NCBI GenBank assembly: GCA_963662715.1
Contig: OY759724.1
Span: 2,340,001 to 2,372,000, forward strand
Reading direction: 5' to 3'
DNA: 32,000 nucleotides
Source: Candidatus Omnitrophota bacterium
GTDB taxonomy: Bacteria > Omnitrophota > Gorgyraeia > Zapsychrales > JANLHA01
In this document: positions 17,771 through 25,807 of the stretch, piece after piece
How the letters are laid out: each line of letters begins with the position of its first letter
How positions within the stretch are numbered: the stretch's first letter is position 1
Translations under genes and position numbers: made by a program
The notes under the pieces: generated by a model
What the model saw: the letters and a program-made list of their open reading frames with translations, nothing else
The model's database searches: none
What the model was told of the DNA's origin: nothing

Positions 17771-19243
17771 ATGAAAGTTTTATTTGTTACGCCTCCGATG
17801 GGTTCCTGGGCTACCCACGGAGACCATAAAGCTCCTAATCAGTATTATGCCCAGGTTGCGGCCTATCTGCGGGACAAAGCCGTGGCCGATGTCCAGGTCC
17901 TGGATGCTAAGGCGTTGGATCTTTCTTATGATCAGATGATGGCTGAAATTGCGAAGAGCCAGCCCCGTTTATGTGTCTTTGGGGACCTGCTGCATTCTAC
18001 CGGAGGATTGTCTGTCATCTGGCATTTCCTGGAAACAGCCAGAAGAATTAAGGACATCCTGCCTGAGACCAAAATCCTTATGGGCGGTCTTTGGTTTTCC
18101 GCCTATGCCACCGAAACGCTGGAACAGAACCCCTGGGTGGACTTCATTGCCATGGGAGAGGGTGAGCTCACAATCACAGACCTGATCCTGGCATTGGAAA
18201 ACCAGAAGACGGACCTGTCGGATATCCCCGGCCTGGTCTCGCGGACGGCGGACGGAAAGATCGAGATGGGGCCGCACCGGGACTTGATCCCCAGCCTGGA
18301 TGATTTGCCGATGCCGGCGTATGACCTTTTCCCGATGGAAAAATATGTCGGCCACACATACTGGAAACCGTTTGCCGAACTCCTGACTTCCCGCGGCTGC
18401 CCCGGGGCATGCACCTTTTGTTATCAGTGGAGTCTCTACGATAAGCGCAACAGTCAAAAGGATTATATTTCCTGGCGGGGAAAATCCCATAGCCGGATTT
18501 TAGACGAGTTGGATTATCTTGAAAAAGAATACGGCGTCAAGGTTGTCGTCATACAGGATGATGCTTTTAACGTAGACAAGGATAATGTGCGGCGTTTTTG
18601 TGAGTCGAAAATTGAGCGGGGCAACAGAATTCAATGGGTTTGTTTAGGCCGCGCCGATGACTGGTTGGCCCACAAGGATATTTTACCCCTGATGAACAAA
18701 GCGGGTTTGTTTATGGGGCTGGTGGGCGTTGAAGTTGAGAGTGACGAGCAGCTGGCCAAACAGGGCAAGGGCGTAACGCTGCAGCAGATCAAGGATACTG
18801 TGCAGGCGTTGCGGGCGGCGAACATCGCCAGCGTCGGGACGGTGTTAATCGGGTTAGAGGATGATGATGAAGCGACCATCAAGGAAAGATTCCGGGTTGC
18901 CGATGATATTGATCCCGATATCATGGCTTTGGATTACGTGACGCCTGTGCCGGGTTCTTTATTGTGGAATAATGCGATTAAAAAAGGCTGGCTGACCCCC
19001 CGGGATATTCAGCTGCGGGAATGGGATTTTCATCACCCGGTTATCCCAACTCAATATCTTTCTGTTGCTGATGTCGGCCGGCTGGGGGCCTGGTGTATGC
19101 GCGAGTTTTATTCAAAGCCGGAGCGCATTCACCGGATTATGGACAGTGATTATGACATGCTTGTTAAATTGTGTGTGAAAGATTTTATGAGCAATATCGC
19201 CAAATTTGAAAAAGCTTCCGTTGGTGAAGGCACATATGTTTAA
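17771..19243 (+). CDS. B12-binding-domain radical SAM enzyme (class B rSAM)
   Basis: The N-terminal ~140 aa look like a cobalamin-binding Rossmann-like region. The CxxxCxxC cluster motif (SRGCPGACTFCY) is at nt 18398-18421. The overall 490-aa architecture is typical of class B rSAM proteins. Confidence 0.85.
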   Translation: MKVLFVTPPMGSWATHGDHKAPNQYYAQVAAYLRDKAVADVQVLDAKALDLSYDQMMAEIAKSQPRLCVFGDLLHSTGGLSVIWHFLETARRIKDILPETKILMGGLWFSAYATETLEQNPWVDFIAMGEGELTITDLILALENQKTDLSDIPGLVSRTADGKIEMGPHRDLIPSLDDLPMPAYDLFPMEKYVGHTYWKPFAELLTSRGCPGACTFCYQWSLYDKRNSQKDYISWRGKSHSRILDELDYLEKEYGVKVVVIQDDAFNVDKDNVRRFCESKIERGNRIQWVCLGRADDWLAHKDILPLMNKAGLFMGLVGVEVESDEQLAKQGKGVTLQQIKDTVQALRAANIASVGTVLIGLEDDDEATIKERFRVADDIDPDIMALDYVTPVPGSLLWNNAIKKGWLTPRDIQLREWDFHHPVIPTQYLSVADVGRLGAWCMREFYSKPERIHRIMDSDYDMLVKLCVKDFMSNIAKFEKASVGEGTYV

Positions 19244-19296
19244 TTTTAAAATGGCCCGGCGTTAGAATCCGTGGTCTGAGGACAGGACGGTGATCT

Positions 19297-19596
19297 ATGG
19301 TTGATGAACAGCTCCAGATGGAATGGGAGAAAAGTGCGTTAACAAAATATAAAAATATGATTCAAAGGATCCCCTTGTTTCACCGGGAAATTGCGGATCA
19401 GGTCGTTACGAAAAAAGCGACGCAGAATGCTCAGAAAAGAGGCTCGGAGATTGTTGAGGAATGTGATATCCTCAGGGCTTTTTTTTCGGAAGTTCCCATG
19501 ACATTTTACGGGCTTATGATCCGGCTCTTTGAAGAGGTTGGCTTTGATTATAATAAATATGATCCCAGCCATAATGGAAAGACGGAGACAACCTAG
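19297..19596 (+). CDS. small protein resembling the PCP_red domain (C-terminal domain of protochlorophyllide reductase subunit B)
   Basis: The segment MEWEKSALTKYKNMIQRIPLFHREIADQVVTKKATQNAQKRGSEIVE fits the W..A...L..IP.F.R.......E..A...G pattern of PF08369 as I recall it. This assignment needs an HMM check. Confidence 0.45.
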   Translation: MVDEQLQMEWEKSALTKYKNMIQRIPLFHREIADQVVTKKATQNAQKRGSEIVEECDILRAFFSEVPMTFYGLMIRLFEEVGFDYNKYDPSHNGKTETT

Positions 19597-19706
19597 CCTA
19601 GGGAGAAGTTCCCTGCTTCTGGAAGTTTTGTCCCCGGTGACGTAGCGTGAACCGTTTCCCCGCGTAGCGGCAGCATGTTATTCAGCAAAAAAATGAGGAA
19701 AGAGCC

Positions 19707-20177
19707 GTGGCCCAAAAATCAGAATTGCGAGTGAGTCATCATTTTGTTTTTATCGAAGTCCCCATCGGCCTTGTGACTTCGGAATCTTTATTGTGGGGAG
19801 AGGCCTCGTGGTGGCCGAAGCCTTGTCCTTGGCATACGCAGAAGCTGACAGAAGGGGACATTGCTATCGGGACGCAATATCATCATTCTCTAGGCGGAGG
19901 CCTGGCTCCGCGCTGGGTTTCGGAAATAACCCAGTATGAGCCGAGACGGGAAATCGAACGCACATTTAAAGGGGATTTCTTTGTCGGGTATGAAGTCATT
20001 CAGGTGGGGGAGAGAGCGAACGGGACACGGATTGATTATGAAATGCATTATCAGGTCAAAGGTTTGTATAAAAAGATATTGTGGGAAATCTATTACAGAA
20101 AGAAATATGAAGCTAAGCTTGAAATGATCCTGGCAACATTAAAAGAGTATGTCGTGAAGCAGTATTATAAGGATTAA
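19707..20177 (+). CDS. SRPBCC (START/Bet v1-like) superfamily protein
   Basis: The ORF has a GTG start with a GAGGAA RBS upstream. The size (156 aa) and the alternating beta-strand pattern with a long C-terminal helix are typical of SRPBCC proteins. The family call is tentative. Confidence 0.5.
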   Translation: MAQKSELRVSHHFVFIEVPIGLVTSESLLWGEASWWPKPCPWHTQKLTEGDIAIGTQYHHSLGGGLAPRWVSEITQYEPRREIERTFKGDFFVGYEVIQVGERANGTRIDYEMHYQVKGLYKKILWEIYYRKKYEAKLEMILATLKEYVVKQYYKD

Positions 20178-20200
20178 CCTTGTCTTCGGGAGAAAGTCAG

Positions 20201-21232
20201 ATGAAAATTGCTGTTATTGGAGCAGGGGCGATTGGTTCGGTTGTTGCGGGCTTCTTGACCAAAGCCGGGGCAGACGTTCTTTTGGTGGGGCGCCCGGAAC
20301 AGGTCTCGGCCATTCAAGAAAACGGCTTATGTATCAGAAAGCCTGACGGGGATGAAGCCGTCGGTGTCCGCGTCGCGGACAAACTGGACCGGACGTATGA
20401 TTTGGTTATTTTTACCGTGAAAAGCCAGGATATGGAGCAGGCTTATCAAGATAACGCGGATTTTCTGGAAGATAGCCTGGTGCTAACAACACAGAACGGG
20501 ATCCAGGGAGATAATCTTCTCAGCACTCATTTTGCTCCGGAAAGGATGTACAGCAGTATCGTCATGTTCGGGGCGACATACACTGTCCCGGGGGAGGTTG
20601 TCCTCAATTTCCCGGGGGATTGGATTATCGGAAAACCTTACACTGTCAATGATGCTAAGATCGAAGAAATAGCGTATGTTCTAAAGAGAGCTTTTCCTGT
20701 TGAGATATCGACAAATATTATGGGGATGAAGTGGCTGAAGCTTTTCGTGAATTTTAATAATTGTATCCCGGCGTGCATTGGTCAGCCCATGCAGGAAGCT
20801 TTTTCGGATATCGACTTGTGTAAGCTGAGTGTCCTGTTGTTGCGGGAGGGTCTTGATATCATCAACGCCGCCGGAATAGAATTGGTTTCGTTGCCGAATT
20901 TTCCTGTTGAGAGAATCCTGGGGCTTGCCCGTATGCCTGTCAACGAAGCGGCGGGTATCCTTCAGAAAACATTGACCGGTTTGAGCAAAGAGCCTGTTTA
21001 TGGCTCGATATTACAGAGTATTAAACGGGGCAAACCCAGTGAAATTGATTTTATTAACGGGGAAATCGACCAGGTGGCAGCCAGTATCCGAAGGAAGGCG
21101 CCTTTAAACAGGAAAATAGTCCGGTTCGTTCATCAGGTGGAGGGGACGGGGCAATTTTTTACCCCGGAAGAAATCAAGTCGGAATTCCCATTAACGGAAG
21201 GTCTTCTTGAAGAAACAGGGCAAGGCCGGTGA
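20201..21232 (+). CDS. ketopantoate reductase (ApbA/PanE) family NAD(P)H-dependent 2-oxoacid/ketone reductase
   Basis: MKIAVIGAGAIGSVVAGFL is the Rossmann motif. GMKWLKLFVNFNN and SILQSIKRGKPSEIDFINGEI correspond to the PanE signatures K..K...N and S.LQD...G..TEID.ING. The ATG at 20201 has a GGGAGAA RBS, whereas the ORF track starts at a TTG at 20180. Confidence 0.8.
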   Translation: MKIAVIGAGAIGSVVAGFLTKAGADVLLVGRPEQVSAIQENGLCIRKPDGDEAVGVRVADKLDRTYDLVIFTVKSQDMEQAYQDNADFLEDSLVLTTQNGIQGDNLLSTHFAPERMYSSIVMFGATYTVPGEVVLNFPGDWIIGKPYTVNDAKIEEIAYVLKRAFPVEISTNIMGMKWLKLFVNFNNCIPACIGQPMQEAFSDIDLCKLSVLLLREGLDIINAAGIELVSLPNFPVERILGLARMPVNEAAGILQKTLTGLSKEPVYGSILQSIKRGKPSEIDFINGEIDQVAASIRRKAPLNRKIVRFVHQVEGTGQFFTPEEIKSEFPLTEGLLEETGQGR

Positions 21233-21312
21233 ATTTGTCCCTGACACGGTGATGCCGTTTGTCGGGGCACGGCGTGTCGTGATTTTAAACAGTCTATAAG
21301 AGAGAGGGAAAA

Positions 21313-22572
21313 ATGTCTAGACGAGTCGTTATAACAGGGGTGGGTCTCGTTGCCCCCAACGGGGTCGGAAATGACGAGTGTTTTCACGCCATGGTGAACG
21401 GAATTTCCGGAGTGAAACGGGTCACCGAATTTGATGTGTCTCAATTTAACACGAAGATCGCTGCGCAAGTCAAAAGGTTTGACCCCATATCTTTGGGGCT
21501 GACCCGGGAGGAGGCCATTCGCATGGACCTTTACGTGCAGTTTGCCGTGATCGCCGCGCGCATGGCGGTCGAGGACGCCAAACTGGATTTGAGCCGGGTT
21601 GATAAAGAACGCATGGGTGTTTCGCTGGCCAATGCCATCTGCGGAACGAAATATATGGAGGAAGAATTTGCCCTTGTGACGGACAGCGGTAAAAATCCTA
21701 TTGATCCGAGTCTGGTCCGGAAAGACCTTTACGATGCCTCGATGTTCAACACGCCTTCCAGTGAGATCACGGCCAAATACGGGCTGCAGGGCATCTGCAA
21801 TACCATATCGACAGGATGTACGGCAGGGACGGATTCCGTCGGATTTTCTTATGAGGCGATTCAGTCGGGGGAAGCCGATATCATGATTACCGGGGCTAGT
21901 GAAGCCCCGATTACACCCATAACCTTTGGGGCTTTTGATTGTATTAATGTCCTCTCCACGAGGAATGATGAGCCCGAAAAAGCTTCCCGGCCGTTTGATA
22001 AAAGCAGGAACGGTTTTATCATATCGGAAGGGGCGGGTCTGCTTGTCGTTGAAGAACTTGAGCACGCGTTAAAACGCGGCGCAAGAATTTATTGTGAAAT
22101 TATCGGTTACGGCACGACGAACAATGCGTATCACATGACGGATCTTCCCCCGGAAGGGGACGCCATGGCGGACAGCATTGTTCTGGCGATCAAAAGCGCC
22201 GGGATTAACCCGGAACAAATTGATTATATCAATGCGCATGGCTCTTCCACCCGGCAAAATGACGTTTTTGAAACGAACGCTTATAAGATGGCTTTAGGCG
22301 ACGCCGTTTACAATATCCCGATCAGTTCCCTGAAGTCCATGATCGGGCATCCGCTGGCGGGAGCCAACGGTATCGAACTTGCCGTCGGCGCTCTTATCTT
22401 CGAGCGCAATATCCTGCCTCCGACGATCAACCAGGAAGAAGCTGACCCGGAGTGTGATTTGGATTATATCCCGAATGTGGCCCGGGAGAAAAAGATCGAT
22501 ATCATGTTAAAAACAAGCAGCGGTTTTTCCGGCATTCACTCAGCCATGGTTTTGAAGCGGTATGCCGGGTGA
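21313..22572 (+). CDS. beta-ketoacyl synthase, catalytically competent subunit (KS-alpha / FabF-like)
   Basis: The active-site motif ISTGCTAGTDSVG places Cys169 at nt 21817-21819. Both catalytic histidines are present (INAHGSST and KSMIGHPLAGANG). The TGCT.G.D context resembles type II PKS KS-alpha. Confidence 0.9.
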   Translation: MSRRVVITGVGLVAPNGVGNDECFHAMVNGISGVKRVTEFDVSQFNTKIAAQVKRFDPISLGLTREEAIRMDLYVQFAVIAARMAVEDAKLDLSRVDKERMGVSLANAICGTKYMEEEFALVTDSGKNPIDPSLVRKDLYDASMFNTPSSEITAKYGLQGICNTISTGCTAGTDSVGFSYEAIQSGEADIMITGASEAPITPITFGAFDCINVLSTRNDEPEKASRPFDKSRNGFIISEGAGLLVVEELEHALKRGARIYCEIIGYGTTNNAYHMTDLPPEGDAMADSIVLAIKSAGINPEQIDYINAHGSSTRQNDVFETNAYKMALGDAVYNIPISSLKSMIGHPLAGANGIELAVGALIFERNILPPTINQEEADPECDLDYIPNVAREKKIDIMLKTSSGFSGIHSAMVLKRYAG

Positions 22573-22610
22573 TCTGCCGTAGAGGATATACATAAACAAT
22601 TGGAGAGACA

Positions 22611-23843
22611 ATGGACAGAATAGCAATTACAGGTGTGGGGGTCGTTTCCCCGAGCGGTATCGACAAACGGAAATTTTGGTCTAATGTCAAAAAAGGCCGT
22701 TCAGCCGTCAAGGTGATCGATAGATTTGATGCCTCACGGTATCCTTCTCATCTCGCCGGGCAAGTTCATGAGCTGGATGCCTACAGCAAGGTGTCTTCCC
22801 GGCTGCTGAAAAAAATCGATTTGTTCGCCCATATGGCGCTGGTCGCTTCCGAACTGGCCATAGAAGACGCTGGCATCGATATGCAGAGCGAAAATTTAAA
22901 GCGGGCGGGAATTTTTATGGGCAATGCGATCGGAGGATGGCTTTATGCGGAAACGGAGTTGCGGGATCTTTACCTGGAAGGACGGGAGGGGGTAAGCCCT
23001 TTTATGGCCTCCGCGTGGTTCCCTGCGGCTCCGCAAGGACAGATATCGATTCATTACGGTATAAAAGGCTATAGCAAAACCATCGTTGCCGACCGGGCGA
23101 GTTCTTTGATGGCCATCGGGTACGGGGCAAAAAATCTTAAGAAAGGCCACAATGATTTTATCCTCGCCGGAGGGATGGAAGCCCCGGTGACGCCTTATGC
23201 TTTGTTGTGCTGCAACACCTCAGGTATGCTTACGAAGAACAACAAAGCCGCCGACACAGCCTATAAGCCTTTTGATAAAAACCGGGACGGGTTTGCCATC
23301 GCTGAGGGGGCAGGGTGCCTTATCCTGGAACCTTTGGAAAGAGTCCGGGGCCGGCAGACATCTGTCCTGGGCTTTGTGGCGGGCTTTGGCACCACCACGG
23401 ACGGGGTAAGCCGCATTGATCCTGCCGATGACGGCCTGCAGTTATCCCGGGCTATCCGCCTGGCCCTGGAGGATGCGCAATGTGCCCCGGAAGACATTGA
23501 TTATATCTGTGCCGACGGGGACGGAACGGTTCTGGGGGACCGGACGGAAACCATGGCCATTAAACAGGTCTTTAACAGCCATGCCAAGAAAATCCCGGTC
23601 ACCGCTCCCAAATCAGTTTTCGGTAATATGCTTGGAGCTTCCGGGGCTGTTGATGTTATAACAACTCTTTTAGCCATGGAGTCCGGCATTGTCCCTCCGA
23701 CGATTAATTATCAAACTCCGGATCCGGAATGTGATCTGGATTATTGTCCCAACAAATGCCAGGCCAAAGAGATCAACAAGGCTTTGGTGCTCAATCGCGG
23801 CCGCGGCGGGATTAACGTGGCGTTGGTCTTGGCCAAGAAATAA
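22611..23843 (+). CDS. beta-ketoacyl synthase-like partner subunit lacking the catalytic triad (KS-beta / chain-length-factor-like)
   Basis: The product aligns without gaps to the upstream KS around the active site. The Cys position is Arg162 (IVADRASSLMAIG, codon at nt 23094-23096). The first His is replaced by Asp (ICADGDGT) and the second by Asn (KSVFGNMLGASGA). Confidence 0.85.
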   Translation: MDRIAITGVGVVSPSGIDKRKFWSNVKKGRSAVKVIDRFDASRYPSHLAGQVHELDAYSKVSSRLLKKIDLFAHMALVASELAIEDAGIDMQSENLKRAGIFMGNAIGGWLYAETELRDLYLEGREGVSPFMASAWFPAAPQGQISIHYGIKGYSKTIVADRASSLMAIGYGAKNLKKGHNDFILAGGMEAPVTPYALLCCNTSGMLTKNNKAADTAYKPFDKNRDGFAIAEGAGCLILEPLERVRGRQTSVLGFVAGFGTTTDGVSRIDPADDGLQLSRAIRLALEDAQCAPEDIDYICADGDGTVLGDRTETMAIKQVFNSHAKKIPVTAPKSVFGNMLGASGAVDVITTLLAMESGIVPPTINYQTPDPECDLDYCPNKCQAKEINKALVLNRGRGGINVALVLAKK

Positions 23844-23906
23844 TTTTATCAATATAGGGCTGGGGACGAATCTGCCTTAAAAGCCCTGAATGAAGGAGGT
23901 ATCCCT

Positions 23907-24146
23907 GTGTGTGTTGAGGCAAAAGTGAAAGAAGTATTCCAGAAGGTGCTGGATGTCAGCCCTGACGAGATTAAGCCGGATGAGAGCCTGGCGGCCTCTT
24001 TGGGGGTGGATTCCACGGAGTTGGTCGAGATATCCGTCGGGATAAAAAAAGAACTGAATGTCCCTTTGGGCGACGGAGAGCTTAAAAAAACATTCACGTT
24101 TAATGAAATCGTTGAGATTGTGAAGTCAAAGGCTCCGGCGGACTGA
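23907..24146 (+). CDS. acyl carrier protein
   Basis: The 79-aa product has the LGVDSTELVE phosphopantetheine-attachment motif (Ser36 codon at nt 24012-24014). It has a GTG start with a GGAGG RBS 7 nt upstream. Confidence 0.85.
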   Translation: MCVEAKVKEVFQKVLDVSPDEIKPDESLAASLGVDSTELVEISVGIKKELNVPLGDGELKKTFTFNEIVEIVKSKAPAD

Positions 24147-24213
24147 AGAAGTATGTGAGTCGGGATATGCGCTTTTCGGGCGCGCTGGCGTTAACGCAAA
24201 ATGGAGTGCTTTC

Positions 24214-25068
24214 ATGCCCGGCAGAAATGCCGAAGGAGAAAGGCGACGGATTGGAATTATGCAGATCATTGATCTTAGTCTTCCCATAGACGACACCTTG
24301 CAGGAGACCCATGCCGCCAAGATCGACCGCATCAGCCATGCGGACGGTGTTGAGCATTTCAACTGGGTGGTTATGAAGAACCGTCCCGGCGGACAGGAAA
24401 AGTTTGAACAGGGGGAAAGAGTTGCTGCTGCCGGGGAAATCCCTGATGGGGAAATGCTGTCTTTGGAAATAGTCCATGCCTCTGTTCATATGGGGTCGCA
24501 TGTGGACGCCCCGTTTCATTACGGCAGCTGTTGTGAAGGCCGGCCGGCCCGGACCATTGAAGATGTCCCTCTGGAATGGTGTTACGGAGACGGGGTGATC
24601 TTGGATTTCACTCATATGCATTATCCGGATGCTATCCACCGAACCGATATCGAGCAGGCTTTAAAGAAGCTGTCTTATAAGCTTAAGCCCATGGACATCG
24701 TTCTTATTTATACCGGTGGGGATGCCCTCCTGGGGACTCCGGATTATGTGAATAAGTATGTCGGCATGATGCCTGACGCTGTCGAGTTTATTCTGGACCA
24801 GGGCGTCAAAATGCTGGGCATTGACACCATTGGGCTTGACCGCCCGTGTTTTGAAATGTTTCAGGAATTTTTGACGACAAAAGACAAATCAAAACTTTGG
24901 CCGTCGCATTTCCTCGGCCGCCGGAGGGAATTTTGTCATATGGAGCGGCTTGGCAATCTGGGGGCTGTTCCCCGTTCTTTTGGCTTTAAAGTGGCGTGTT
25001 TCCCGGTGCGGGTTAAAAATGCCGGAGCCGGATGGGCCAGAGTCGTTGCGATGCTGGAGGATCGCTAG
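24214..25068 (+). CDS. cyclase-family protein (PF04199 putative cyclase / kynurenine-formamidase-like metallohydrolase fold)
   Basis: The HMGSHVDAPFH motif at nt 24487-24519 matches the family signature HxGTHxDxPxH. The start could instead be the ATG at 24259 (MQIIDLSLPI), which resembles the usual family N-terminus. Confidence 0.8.
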   Translation: MPGRNAEGERRRIGIMQIIDLSLPIDDTLQETHAAKIDRISHADGVEHFNWVVMKNRPGGQEKFEQGERVAAAGEIPDGEMLSLEIVHASVHMGSHVDAPFHYGSCCEGRPARTIEDVPLEWCYGDGVILDFTHMHYPDAIHRTDIEQALKKLSYKLKPMDIVLIYTGGDALLGTPDYVNKYVGMMPDAVEFILDQGVKMLGIDTIGLDRPCFEMFQEFLTTKDKSKLWPSHFLGRRREFCHMERLGNLGAVPRSFGFKVACFPVRVKNAGAGWARVVAMLEDR

Positions 25069-25241
25069 TGCAGGAACAAAAGATGCCTTTCGCTAAAAAA
25101 ACAAGGAAGGAAAGCGGGGCTGTGTCTCGTGTTTTTTTAGGCGGGCAGCAGTGGGGTTGAGCGTCGAAAGGGCGAGCCCCCTTTGACGGAAGGGGCTTGC
25201 CGGATAAGAAATTATAACTTATTTATAACGGGGAGGATATT

Positions 25242-25700
25242 ATGGGACATACACGGAATTCGATATTGATTAATGCGCCCTATGATCTTGTTTATGACAC
25301 TTCCAATGATATTGAAAGATGGACCGAACTGTTTGGAGACGAATATATTAAAGCAGAGGTGTTGGAGCGAAGCGGTCTTGAGATAACATTCCGTCTTACC
25401 GATGATGAAAATAAATCATGGGTTTCCAAACGATGGCTTCATAAAGAGCAGTTTTTTGCCTTTGCATCCCGCCACGAACCGATGTTCCCTTTTAAGTATA
25501 TGAAAATCATTTGGTTGTATCATGTTACGGCAGAAGGGACTCTTATGACCTGGATTCAGGATTTTGAAATGGACCCGGGGTTCACCGCGTATTCGGAAGA
25601 GCAGATAGAAGGGTTTATTAATAAGCATTCCAAGGATAACATGAAGATTTTTAAGGATGTTATTGAAAAGGAAGCTGAGCAATTGGCCTCTCAATCATAA
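25242..25700 (+). CDS. SRPBCC polyketide cyclase/dehydrase-like protein (ARO/CYC-like)
   Basis: The N-terminus HTRNSILINAPYDLVYDTSNDIERWTELF matches the typical Polyketide_cyc/cyc2 start (h.e.si.i.aP...vy....d.e.Wpe.f). The product is 152 aa, and a GGGGAGG RBS lies upstream. Confidence 0.65.
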   Translation: MGHTRNSILINAPYDLVYDTSNDIERWTELFGDEYIKAEVLERSGLEITFRLTDDENKSWVSKRWLHKEQFFAFASRHEPMFPFKYMKIIWLYHVTAEGTLMTWIQDFEMDPGFTAYSEEQIEGFINKHSKDNMKIFKDVIEKEAEQLASQS

Positions 25701-25746
25701 AGCTCAAAAAGGAAAAATTTTTCTTACATTTTTCTCTTATTTTTGG

Positions 25747-25779
25747 TACTAATATTATTATGGTATAATAATATTAGTA
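25747..25779. promoter_or_regulatory. 33-bp perfect palindrome (15-bp arms, 3-nt spacer) overlapping an extended -10 element; candidate operator and promoter of the MFS gene
   Basis: tactaatattattat-ggt-ataataatattagta is a perfect inverted repeat. The TGgTATAAT extended -10 at 25761-25769 lies at its centre, 39 nt upstream of the ATG at 25808. Confidence 0.6.
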
Positions 25780-25807
25780 TAAAGAGTCTTTCTGTGGACT
25801 TTTTTTC

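Noticed and set aside
21133-22065. 310-aa ORF on the minus strand
   Set aside because: It lies entirely antisense to the 3' end of the PanE-family gene and the conserved N-terminal half of the KS gene. Its R/G/P-rich sequence has no recognisable motif and no RBS context, which is typical of an antisense shadow ORF.
21313-24146. Interpretation of the KS / KS-like / ACP genes as housekeeping fabF-acpP, or as an aryl-polyene (Ape) cluster
   Set aside because: The second KS lacks the whole catalytic triad, which makes it CLF-like rather than a second FabF. No FabZ/FabA-type dehydratases, FabG-FabD-FabH context, LolA-like, acyltransferase or thioesterase genes typical of Ape clusters are present, whereas ARO/CYC-like SRPBCC and PF04199 cyclase genes are. 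Phylogeny is still needed to exclude these alternatives fully.
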